A stretch of 64,000 nt of DNA from the IMG/VR virus record IMGVR_UViG_3300045988_060114; one strand, 5' to 3'. Numbering within the stretch: position 1 is the stretch's first letter; every line of letters begins with the position of its first letter. The position numbers and the translations under genes were made by a program. This document shows positions 37,001 through 42,628 of the stretch, in pieces. Below the pieces are notes generated by a model. That model ran no database searches and was not told where the DNA came from. It saw only the letters and a program-made list of their open reading frames with translations. This DNA comes from a virus.

Positions 37001-40000
37001 TTATTGCTCCTCTGCTTACTGGCTCTGACCCTAAGTTTAGCATCCGTACCTATCATGGTACTGGTGCTAGCTTCGACAAGTTCGATTTTAGCCACATGGG
37101 TGAAGGCGAAGGTTCACAAGCATTTGGCTGGGGTGGTTATGTTACTAACTCTAAGGAAATTGCTGAGGACTACACAAGACGTGCCAAAATGAGAAAAAAT
37201 AATGGCGGCTTTGAATTTGTGACAGATTTGTCTGACAGCAACAAAGATATGGTAAGACACTATATCTATAAATATAAAGATGTAGATAAGGGATTGGATG
37301 CTATGAGAAAAGACCTTTCTTCTGCTCTAGAAATGTTCCCTGATGATGATAATTTGAAGGAACTTAGCGATATTCTTGCAAAGAAGAATGAGGAAATAGC
37401 TGTTCCTGATGATATTGCTTATCTTTACGATGTGGATATTCCTGATGATAATGGAGATTATCTTGACTGGGAGAATAAATTGAAAAAATCTCATTTGAAC
37501 AAGGTAAATAAGGAGTTGGTTAGAATTGGCAAGGAACCTATTGAGGCCATTTATCCAAGTCGTGTTGATGGTAAGGTAAGAGGTCAAGACCTATACGATG
37601 AACTTTCCTCTATGCTTGGTTCTAAAGAAGCAGCTAGTAAGTTGTTAAGTGATGCTGGCTTTGTTGGTATTAAATACCCTGCTGGAACCATCTTTGGAGG
37701 TGCAAAGAAAGATGATTACAACTACGTGATATTCGATGAGAACAATGCCAATATCGTGGGTAATACCAGATTCTCCTTGCGCTATGACCAGTTTGAGCAT
37801 GACCTGAACCAGTGGAAGAAGGATAACAACCTGCCAAAGGATGCACAGCGACCAACCATCCCACAACGCAACGCTGGTGAGAGTGCCGTTGACTTCCTGA
37901 AGAGAGTGGACGAGTATCGCAAACAGATGGCTCTGTGGAAGACTGCTCCAACCTACGAGCAGCATCTTTTGAGTGATGATACTGCCCTTGGAGAGTTTAA
38001 CCGAGAGTTGCAGCGTGGTTCTGTACTCAAACGTATCGCCTTCCAAGATAGTATGCTGGCTATCCGCAAGGCTCAGGAAGCTATCATGAAGGAAGTGGGT
38101 GTTGACCGCCTGAATATGGCTGAGGATGCCTATACTGCCGAGAACAGAAGTCACGGCAAAGGAAAGAACGAGTTTGAGGAGTACAACAATGAGTTCTTGC
38201 AGCCATTGAGAAAGGCTTATCATCAGATGAAGAAGATACTGGGTGACAGCTATGATAATGTCCGTATCTACATGATGGCTAAGCATGGCTTGGAGCGTGA
38301 TGCTCAGATGGCTTTCAAGAAGTCACTGGATGCAGACTTTGAGGACGTGGCTCAGAGAAGTGCGGCATACAGGGCTTACAAGGGCGATATGAACCGTATT
38401 ACCAATGATAGCGATTTGGAGTTTGGCAGAGTGGATTTCAATACTTGGAGACAGAGAGATAACGCACTTAGAACGAAATACTCTCCTTCCTATATGGACT
38501 ATCGCTATGATGAGAATGGTATCGCCTACGATTACTCAGGCTTATCGGCTCTCTTCGGTGGCTCAGACTTTGAGGAAGCTGCCCACAAACTGGTAAGGGA
38601 TATTGAGAGTAGTCATGTAGCTGAGGTGCAAGACCTCTGGAATGCTACGAATGCGGCTACAAAGAAGATTCTCCGTGATGGCTATAAGGCTGGCATGATG
38701 AGCAAAGATACTTATCTGTATGTGCGTGATATGTATAGCCATTATATTCCTCTCCGTGGATGGGATGGCACTACTGCCGACCAAGTATGGGACTATGTAG
38801 GTGGTGGCAAGGGTGCGTTCAATCAGACATTGAAGACCGCACACGGACGTACCTCTATAGCTGATGACCCTATCGCTTACATCGAGAATATGGCAGAGAG
38901 TGGAATCCTGCTGAACAACAAGAACTGGGTGAAGCAACACCTGATGCTCTTGGCTCAGAATCATCCAACCTCTCTTCTCACCCTGAGCAAGGCTTGGTAC
39001 GTGAAGAGTACGGATGCCAACGGCAACGAGGAGTGGATTCCTGCTACACCTCAGATTACTTCTCAGATGAATAGCAATCAGGTGAAGGCTACCATTGATG
39101 CTTTCGAGCAGAAGATGGAGAATATGGCTCAGACTGGCGATGCTACCCAGCAGCGAGAAGGCTTGAACATAGCCTATCCTCAGACTCATAGCGAGGAGAG
39201 AGAACATGAGGTAAGAGTGATGAAGGATGGCGAGGAGTATGTTATCTATGTGAATGGTGACCCGCAGTTGGCTCAGGCGATGAACAATACTAGAGCACAC
39301 CGAGTGAGAGAGATTCAGAGCGGCAAACTGGATAGGGCTGCTGCTTGGTTGGGCAGAAAGATGGCTGCTGCCTATACCAGTCTTTCACCTCTCTTCATTC
39401 CTTCCAACTACTTCCGAGACCTGACCATGACGCTGGCATCTACCGCTATTCGTGAGGATGGCAGATACAACTATCTGCTAAGAAAGAATCTTGCTACCTC
39501 TTGGAATCTCGGTTTCATGCTGAGAGACTATCAGAACGGCAAGTTGAGAGATAAGGTAAACAACGGAAACGCTACTCCAAAGGAACAGATGTTCTATGAC
39601 TTCATGATGAATGGTGGCGAAACTGGCTTTGTCTCTTCGCTTGATGTGGAAGACTTGAAGAAGAAATTCAAGAATGACTTGAAGGATTTGGATAGATGGA
39701 AGGCGAACCCAGTAAAGGTAGGGCACACCATCATGGATAGTATCGAGTTCCTGAACAGAATGATTGAGGATAGTAACCGATTTGCGGTTTACATGACCTC
39801 TATTCAGTATGGACGTTCTATTGATGAGGCTGTGAATGATGCCAAGGACGTAACATTGAACTTCAACCGCAAGGGTACTGGCGAATATGGCTGGCAGATG
39901 ATTAGAAACCTCTATCTCTTCATCAACCCAGCAGTACAGAGTTTACAGACATTGGGTGCGCTTGCCAAACATCATCCGTTCAAGTTCACGGCTGTTACTG

Positions 40001-41361
40001 CATCGTGGTTGGCGAGTGGTGTGCTGGTTCCTATCGTCAACGCTGCCCTGATGAGTCTGTTGGGCGGTGATGATGATAAGGATAAGTACTGGCAGTTCAC
40101 CAAGTGGGATAGACGAAACAACCTGATTATGTGGGTTCCGTTTACTCATGAGTATGTGAAGATTCCGCTTGCTCAGGAGTTCCGTGCCTTCTATGGAGTA
40201 GGCGATATGATTGCATCCAAGATGATGGGTGGAGAGTTGGCTGAGGAAAGTTGGAGCCAGTATGCAGAAGACTTGCTCGGTCAGGTGGTGGATATGCTTC
40301 CGCTCGACCCTACTGGCTATGATGGCAATATTGCGGTCAGTCTGATGCCGAATGCTATTCGCCCAGTTTTTGAGTTGGCTTTCAATGTTGACTTCACTGG
40401 CAAGCCATTATTCAAGGAGACAGAGTATAACAAGTATGACCCGAACTTTACCAAGGCATACGTGGGCACTCCTGATTGGTTGGTACGTGCATCCAAGATG
40501 GTTAACTCAATCGGAAACGACTATCCTGATGTGCAGCAGAATAGCATTGATGCTTTCGGTGACCCAAGGTACAATCTGAATAACCCTGCCGTGGTTGACC
40601 ATGTATTGTCTTCTTACCTCGGTGGTGCTTACACCATGGGCAGTCAGGTGCTCGGTTTGCTTACCAAGTCACTCAATGACCGGAAGGAAATCAAGGTGGC
40701 TGATATTCCATTGGTAAGCAAGTTTGTCAGCAACCCTGATGATAGACCAGTCAGCAAAAAGCAGGGAGATGAGTTCTGGGATAAGAAGGAATACTACGAC
40801 CGTGCTTCCAACACAATTAGCAAGTTGAAGAAACAAGCTAAGATTGATGGAGATTATTCCCAGCTTGAACGTTTCTATGGCTCTGAGGAATACAAGACTT
40901 ACAAGTTGTATGAGAAAGATGTAAAAGATTACAAGGAGGCAAGAAAAAAGGAACGTGCTGAGGAGAGCGGTGATGAGTACAGACCACACCAACTTAATGC
41001 TGAGGACATCTATAATAATCATGCTACCCCTATGGATGAGTTTGAGGATATGAAACTGAAACAACTCTTTGAAAAGTTAAACTCATTTAAGACTAGATAT
41101 GATGCTATTGTAGATAATGCCCCAAATGAGAGCGATGGCTACTACAACACCAACAAGACAGCCATTGATGCCATTGACGAGATTTCCCTTGATAAGCAGG
41201 AGATTTCCGAATTGAAGAAAGGTTTCTTGGATGATGGTAAGGATGCCTACAACGCTGAGGACATGAAGCAGATTCGTGACCTGAGAAAGAAGATTCTTGC
41301 CGTGCTGGAGAAGGCTAACAAGGTGGTTGTGGCTAACCAGAAGGCGAAGACTGATAAGTAA
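25066..41361 (+). CDS. giant multidomain polyvalent protein (5,431 aa)
   Basis: Single uninterrupted 16,296-nt ORF. HEMTH at 29833-29847 and HEIQH at 35494-35508. C5-MTase motifs at 36115-37020. Three paralogous YHG[ST] modules. Hydrophobic helices near 39979-40068. Followed by a strong terminator. Confidence 0.9.
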   Translation: MAERPLYTLYKNLKAQNYDVPDDYNKFESALTREGKGGADNRHAIYENLKAQNFDVPDTYERFYSALFEPRSKTSSRAKGGSVPLSAADRARFNARTAEILSSANNAVRQAKRNIQTKLGQAKKFDGGRVTQRLKNPLQNQNVQKNEFNYNATTGKTGTYTTSDGVEFDNEYDATQYQNKLDEQGQQYINAVNAGEIPSALDVRDQNGNYDLQENIGKNGTYLTEEGAQKQFDKKLADAYARKKEIEAAIAEDNRQHGNPLLSYGASIGSSNGRNAEQSDYRNKLATSLSLVTQQIGALEAVKQYPTSSWGEDALKALDNTAFTAKTWDFGLTDFATMGQMERIKTKMDNNIPLSGSDKMLLKSKLGADAAAALEDEKMGNIYRWTKIAGQSLPFMADFFLTGGYGGITKGISRGALKIAAKSGMGKVSAAILKNTGIVAGDVIGSYAMAGTEQALKTGADIMQRHLGNLYQDEKGDYKFGTFDENGNLLHEGGESMGTALYKGLTSAMVENYTEKLFGHNYGIKKGAVNFMEKHGMNASAEFFKNIGKSGWYTNSKKWMEKFGINGFAEEVMEEEIGIPLHALLDGDSKVSDLLDARQQLDIIGGMAISVGSMYAMGAGSRPVKGVYNRAQYYRFRHKLNVADSDAQNLIGDNWADIKDKIDNATNEQMGSVLAGILRQRDTMTKEQINAAVNYGVNLMKMRGYNIAKTSEMNAREITNEPTTPEEQHQTDIDNAYSEGHDADDADKHDIQIQQEDQMKTLAAALGISEQQLSVMSDEELESLTGKDDKLDQAIYDYQLSSARYQGVVDDAQDKVDLAAHQAEQRVDMYTDQSRGSVRNATIKASGGLEDYGVYIISGNIATHDDGTIDVSNSDDMILYYDPTTNSVEHADALMFAELGEELPADDVKAQAVADAKEVAIKEVAGIIDGTVDVGSQFLVTDADGTEHTYEVLADYGDGTAAISIDGNVVENPYSLADLQQMKDLEDKKRLETAKAQREQIEKERAEQQNQETEQTQPSFDFNQILNDNGNVVIVDVLDKDGNTKYPDSRLFLIRDTGAKAKVVELKSDGTIVPHAVSKKNVSIITSMSLDEYKQAMAESSMIEDNSGENRGEIEVETPTIEGETAAPAEETAAPESAETPATEQTPAAPSITLEDGTIVPMLEDGNPDFTKLTAAQTAELYDSQFGEDADSIVSGYVSDAKKALDKASNMTVKGKTFVEQKAAKDAKEKAIADAQAAYDSAIAIRDAYNERQLAKVEDTAEGRKELIEKARRKFARLKSAVKNDAEAVAQLYKETVGSLLHRLYDGTGIDVTDTIPLTAEEYVASNLGAHSLNYEGTETSKGVKQETGLSREDFAKTQLLAADGKGTTIDNLVHSLWENRPSNLDSLDTQNIRNALLSIITSGFKASEARNYIENLRIAQAENILEEQKKAADNAAFAEEKTGEENSDEENDEENEKINEQTNENINAPEVPEDATDDTPLGAQRDESDLPFSAKENGKQQTTAERAADVEKNKVDDMKVVDNIVGEKTRKAFERLAKMMGAAIQWQYSDKLGNGWIQETKDADGNVHRTIFITLDSSITEGAQFIFGHEMTHQIKNLNPAAYNELTQLVLDTYGSDAFDKAVGETMQRYSDAGFSGRARDYYAEEVVADAVGEMIRDLNLAHTLAMKMSHPLLAAIHEILQKIKLAFFGTEYSDVTKNIIRSIEQAYVKTANGEVTNSETGEDVSFSLRQKPEPKKKGIGYKVFVLKDGKLYPPMVANPNGAATPVGVWLDADAAPIAGESKTGRPQVKQGGKGTQGGSGKLAYRPGWHLGVVPYAIQFNRKDAEGNKTLFPKNFVFAEVEYAADVDYQEEARQEGINPSGKYQHSLAGLKHLPTDGFYMYRTNPNPETDPWVITGAMKVNRILTRAEQAELVKNAGREPQQIQEGDIVTDDVVNSINQEIADAPKFSLKVYHGSGADFTEFDFDHMGEGAGSQVFGWGGYVTSSEEIGKSYANLSRDYGSRNIYKGDIPLTKLEKAALSSFIENNKNHEGTFKEGVAGSIERQKALIAKHPNNPLSNSIKKRIEVLEGAMPKLDSISWDDFVPSGKNLYEVDIPEDNGSNYLEWEKKPSDEVATKIIEGLYGLDAKTLDDMASKDIVFRTLLYDYIKNADKEQMIPLLVKTHALTRETTYDNGNVEDDIRFVYNRLSRWMGSQKAASQFLSSLGFTGIKYPAGTIMGGVEGDEINYVIFKPEDMKITEHTKFSIKTYHGSQASFDKFDHSFMGSGEGAQAYGWGTYVSEVEGIAKAYAKANAKKNAPSRLMYQGKPMTYKTPSIIYQVALDMDKFNISAKEAISKMIDADEKKLASVGDTPFAKMKAKQVQDELKVLKDLNPSDFKINEDYDTVAQDLIDTKSGLDLLEDELKDAKSYVDLYQSRLDEAKEELSKAKESGTGLGVDMYESDVEYYSEQVKRYKQSIKTKESDIKDVKTKVDALQKKLDSMEKPRNLYSVDIPDDTGRNYIGWDEPLGAAKIMRLPKVFKADGWEYKKVGMYDTYKIDGNEHEVWLEPTLTTGKELYRDLTNALGSDKAASEFLSKAGFVGVKVIAQRNTGGNKEGKMNYVIFDENNAQITSHTKFSLKKDGLTPEIANTPVNIVDADEEHGFKNYAEAREWAKKNIVRTYNDEETGGKGEINISNTAVGKYLSEKAVKKSANKDVHMSVLKVLPSILRESVDAIQHVDRNKVGNERSEDFGVNPDVMIHRCYGAVNIGDKVYGVKITLKENVRTHEKTKLYSYEATKIELLDGQSGDVAMTSPRNSNNSITVAKIIKGFETTKKNGEKFSLKDEKTLAGVHNITEEKLRKALKLGGFANPSLAVIDTNKTAHDNFGEISFIAPSALLDKRTGNTGGTWITDAYTQRYPSVEREMSEKGYRKFEDWVDSLDYPSVAKAEIERQAKDALSDNNAPAWELMYLKEKGIDIKEYDSRIDYRWKEIISDHPTAEDILNSMKTDPELNKKVTSLAKHAIIHPTWEKVSLEVRRKMYKETGVKASPINPQVRKQTKEIFERDYAPTLLNKDGSPRKKDVKKVVGDIVKEHNDTKKYNFYLSKVKASNYVNKNGLYDDYIRWQENKLDEFGTKNRIFRGYTKDGSRKYVPETLENVSKAMREEADGQTNGSEYTSFGSFIAKLASRVDSTDEMRANKDKLSSNKDKEEFYEKWNGVYYDLAKFLYNDVFYGEQRLHDIVLQSDPKKYAKKEYGITLTPTFMKKLDALKNAVQTELKSAYFETKYNRPLRLNEFAAAVVPDNLGEDVRKGIENAGLPMYDYDPNKEGDRSRAFNEAINSSDNIRFSLAGERGAAAADKAEERTARMDNLSVARKMEEEKKDAKAIKMATGWERGADGKWRYEMPDAKIKDTMDVGGGHIVKRYEDDMLWNGGKLSNVIDAPELFKAYPQLKDVRIDTDAIMNDMPSNGEYNSKTNTITIHADELKYMNGILNHEIQHVIQDIEGFAKGGSPRLVRGEVKKRFDEVTKQIKQLRAEGKEDEAKTLIEKNRGLYNAYQKNDDFNSYKSLAGEVEARNVSARLNMTPEERRKTLAESTEDVARKDQIFLGVGDVSFSLRDMADGKESGAADMAEDLKSLNTPDEVDDAIKTAIDDMPSGWQMANKKMIHIAQALGENRKAEISGEEPKFSLKAGTLIKAGTYFSGGGLVEEGLKGIIDPVVAVEYDEKISGVYRNNFGQHIVTADVRDVDPKELVKQIDGEVEYFHASPVCKNYSQAKSNHAEVELDKETAASTAEFINAVKPKVVTIENVKGYKDSEAMKTITDALDANGYTWDADVYNAADYGGYTNRERLIVRAVRDGKLPAKPKKMARKSGWYEAVADIIPTLTEKKNGVAPWMDIRLKADGIDWRNIDKPLYVMGSAYADGKIPHAFADELLPTLRTKSGDVIVMPDGKVYRAMGRVLARVSGVSDDYKMPFSENLSHTIIGNGIPTQLTEHVIAPLLTGSDPKFSIRTYHGTGASFDKFDFSHMGEGEGSQAFGWGGYVTNSKEIAEDYTRRAKMRKNNGGFEFVTDLSDSNKDMVRHYIYKYKDVDKGLDAMRKDLSSALEMFPDDDNLKELSDILAKKNEEIAVPDDIAYLYDVDIPDDNGDYLDWENKLKKSHLNKVNKELVRIGKEPIEAIYPSRVDGKVRGQDLYDELSSMLGSKEAASKLLSDAGFVGIKYPAGTIFGGAKKDDYNYVIFDENNANIVGNTRFSLRYDQFEHDLNQWKKDNNLPKDAQRPTIPQRNAGESAVDFLKRVDEYRKQMALWKTAPTYEQHLLSDDTALGEFNRELQRGSVLKRIAFQDSMLAIRKAQEAIMKEVGVDRLNMAEDAYTAENRSHGKGKNEFEEYNNEFLQPLRKAYHQMKKILGDSYDNVRIYMMAKHGLERDAQMAFKKSLDADFEDVAQRSAAYRAYKGDMNRITNDSDLEFGRVDFNTWRQRDNALRTKYSPSYMDYRYDENGIAYDYSGLSALFGGSDFEEAAHKLVRDIESSHVAEVQDLWNATNAATKKILRDGYKAGMMSKDTYLYVRDMYSHYIPLRGWDGTTADQVWDYVGGGKGAFNQTLKTAHGRTSIADDPIAYIENMAESGILLNNKNWVKQHLMLLAQNHPTSLLTLSKAWYVKSTDANGNEEWIPATPQITSQMNSNQVKATIDAFEQKMENMAQTGDATQQREGLNIAYPQTHSEEREHEVRVMKDGEEYVIYVNGDPQLAQAMNNTRAHRVREIQSGKLDRAAAWLGRKMAAAYTSLSPLFIPSNYFRDLTMTLASTAIREDGRYNYLLRKNLATSWNLGFMLRDYQNGKLRDKVNNGNATPKEQMFYDFMMNGGETGFVSSLDVEDLKKKFKNDLKDLDRWKANPVKVGHTIMDSIEFLNRMIEDSNRFAVYMTSIQYGRSIDEAVNDAKDVTLNFNRKGTGEYGWQMIRNLYLFINPAVQSLQTLGALAKHHPFKFTAVTASWLASGVLVPIVNAALMSLLGGDDDKDKYWQFTKWDRRNNLIMWVPFTHEYVKIPLAQEFRAFYGVGDMIASKMMGGELAEESWSQYAEDLLGQVVDMLPLDPTGYDGNIAVSLMPNAIRPVFELAFNVDFTGKPLFKETEYNKYDPNFTKAYVGTPDWLVRASKMVNSIGNDYPDVQQNSIDAFGDPRYNLNNPAVVDHVLSSYLGGAYTMGSQVLGLLTKSLNDRKEIKVADIPLVSKFVSNPDDRPVSKKQGDEFWDKKEYYDRASNTISKLKKQAKIDGDYSQLERFYGSEEYKTYKLYEKDVKDYKEARKKERAEESGDEYRPHQLNAEDIYNNHATPMDEFEDMKLKQLFEKLNSFKTRYDAIVDNAPNESDGYYNTNKTAIDAIDEISLDKQEISELKKGFLDDGKDAYNAEDMKQIRDLRKKILAVLEKANKVVVANQKAKTDK
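29554..30246 (+). other. domain of giant ORF: zincin-like metallopeptidase module 1
   Basis: ITEGAQFIFGHEMTHQIKNL (HExxH), bracketed by FSAK (29542) and FSLR (30247). Confidence 0.6.
30907..31794 (+). other. domain of giant ORF: HGS module copy 1 (weak ART-like signature)
   Basis: KFSLKVYHGSGADFTEFDFDHMGEGAGSQVFGWGGYV ... LYEVDIPEDNGSNYLEWE ... GFTGIKYPAG ... INYVIF. Confidence 0.5.
31795..32913 (+). other. domain of giant ORF: HGS module copy 2 (with a coiled-coil insertion)
   Basis: KFSIKTYHGSQASFDKFDHSFMGSGEGAQAYGWGTYV ... LYSVDIPDDTGRNYIGWD ... GFVGVKV ... MNYVIF. Confidence 0.5.
35062..35853 (+). other. domain of giant ORF: zincin-like module 2
   Basis: ATGWERGADGKWRYEMPD ... NGILNHEIQHVIQDIEGFAKGG ... 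LAGEVEARNV, bracketed by FSLA (35050) and FSLR (35854). Confidence 0.55.
36085..37032 (+). other. domain of giant ORF: C5-cytosine DNA methyltransferase
   Basis: YFSGGGL (motif I), HASPVCKNYS (motif IV variant, P-V-C), TIENVKG (VI), TNRERLIV (VIII), IIGNGIP (X). Confidence 0.75.
37033..37767 (+). other. domain of giant ORF: HGT module copy 3
   Basis: KFSIRTYHGTGASFDKFDFSHMGEGEGSQAFGWGGYV ... LYDVDIPDDNGDYLDWE ... GFVGIKYPAG ... YNYVIF. Confidence 0.5.
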
Positions 41362-41373
41362 TATATATATGAC

Positions 41374-41415
41374 TATCCCCTGAAAGTGTTAGGCTTTCGG
41401 GGGATATTTACTTTC
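41374..41415 (+). terminator. rho-independent terminator after the giant ORF
   Basis: TATCCCCTGAAAG-N7-CTTTCGGGGGATA (13 bp with one G-U) followed by TTTACTTTC. Confidence 0.65.
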
Positions 41416-41616
41416 AATCTGAAACTTTTTACCTCTATTTCTTGTGTAAAACTGTTAATCTGTAAGTATTTATAAAGTTTAACTATTAAAAATATCCTAA
41501 ATTATTATGTTTCCATTATTTCTTTTTATATTTGCAGCATCTAAGAATATCTGAATCTCAGGTGATTACATCAGCAAAAGATTATCCAATCATTATAAAC
41601 TTAAAAATGAAGGCTT

Positions 41617-42096
41617 ATGAAAAAAGATAAAGACGAAGACCTACGAGTCAAGAAATTAATTGGAGAGATTACGAAACTTCTCCCAGAACGTAGCAAGATT
41701 AAGACGGATTTGCTCTATTTTAAGTATGCGCCTATACTCGTCATGCTTATGCGATGGTATGGTGTATCTCAGTTCTATGACAACAAGATGGAGATAACGC
41801 TATGGTATGAAGAGAACGAGGAACCTGTCTGGTTCTTCTACTTCATCACTTACATTCTATACCCGATTTCCCTTTGGAAAGGTCAGGTATTGCACAGATT
41901 GTGTGTAGAGTGGCGCATCCCGATACTCTATATTGCAGGAGTAAATGTGATACATATCATGTACGACTCTGTTGTTATCACAAATCAGATGTACTATTGT
42001 GATATGTTCCTGATTACACTCATTTTAATTATATATGCTTATGTCGCAATTAGTAAATTACAGCATCATCGAAGCTGGACTTCGTGCTCTCGCTGA
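41617..42096 (+). CDS. polytopic membrane protein (159 aa)
   Basis: Several hydrophobic segments (VWFFYFITYILYPISLW, ILYIAGVNVIHIMY, FLITLILIIYAYVAI). Confidence 0.5.
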   Translation: MKKDKDEDLRVKKLIGEITKLLPERSKIKTDLLYFKYAPILVMLMRWYGVSQFYDNKMEITLWYEENEEPVWFFYFITYILYPISLWKGQVLHRLCVEWRIPILYIAGVNVIHIMYDSVVITNQMYYCDMFLITLILIIYAYVAISKLQHHRSWTSCSR

Positions 42097-42412
42097 TAAG
42101 GCTCACGAATCAGCAGTAGCCCAAGCGGAAGGCAAGCCTATCCCTTGCGGTTTATCAGAGAATGATATGGAACTGGTGGCACTCCTTACTGCCATGATGA
42201 ATGACACCCAAGCCAACAAGGGCTGGTGTGCCAACGAAATGGGGAAGTCTATATCTTCCTTTGAAAAGTATGTTCATGATGGTAAGATACCAGAAGGCAT
42301 CCATGACCAGTTTGGGCATGAAAAGAAGTGGAATAAGTCGCTCATCCGATACTTTGCCAACAAGAAGGCTTTCTTCCGCAAGCTATCACGAAAATATGGC
42401 TTGAACCTCTAG
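42035..42412 (+). CDS. hypothetical protein (125 aa)
   Basis: ORF overlapping the end of 41617..42096. Exact start uncertain. Confidence 0.5.
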   Translation: MLMSQLVNYSIIEAGLRALADKAHESAVAQAEGKPIPCGLSENDMELVALLTAMMNDTQANKGWCANEMGKSISSFEKYVHDGKIPEGIHDQFGHEKKWNKSLIRYFANKKAFFRKLSRKYGLNL

Positions 42413-42524
42413 CAGTCGCTACACATTATATATATAGGAGAGACCCAATCGCCCCCTCCTGTATATTTACGACCTTTTCCGTAACCATAAAACTTTGCTA
42501 GTCACACACTTATACAATCTTTTA

Positions 42525-42563
42525 CGAGTTTATCAATCTCTATTCATATTATTCGTATCTTTG
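42525..42563 (+). promoter_or_regulatory. second-class phage promoter: CGAGTTTAT-N22/23-TATCTTTG
   Basis: CGAGTTTA at 42525-42532 and the -7 box at 42556-42563, with a 23-nt gap. Same 9-mer and spacing as at 62880. Confidence 0.5.
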
Positions 42564-42628
42564 TGCTCGTAACGTTACAAAGTGAGAATCATAATTTAGT
42601 GTTTAACAAAAAAAGATTTCAGGATAAT

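Noticed and set aside
25930-41064. Dozens of 60-250 aa ORFs on the minus strand and in alternative plus frames inside the giant gene (for example 25930..26463, 33532..34293, 38563..39300).
   Set aside because: They lie entirely within the single 5,431-codon frame and have low-complexity or hydrophobic junk translations. They have no start context or promoter boxes. Long antisense ORFs are expected by chance opposite a very long ORF.
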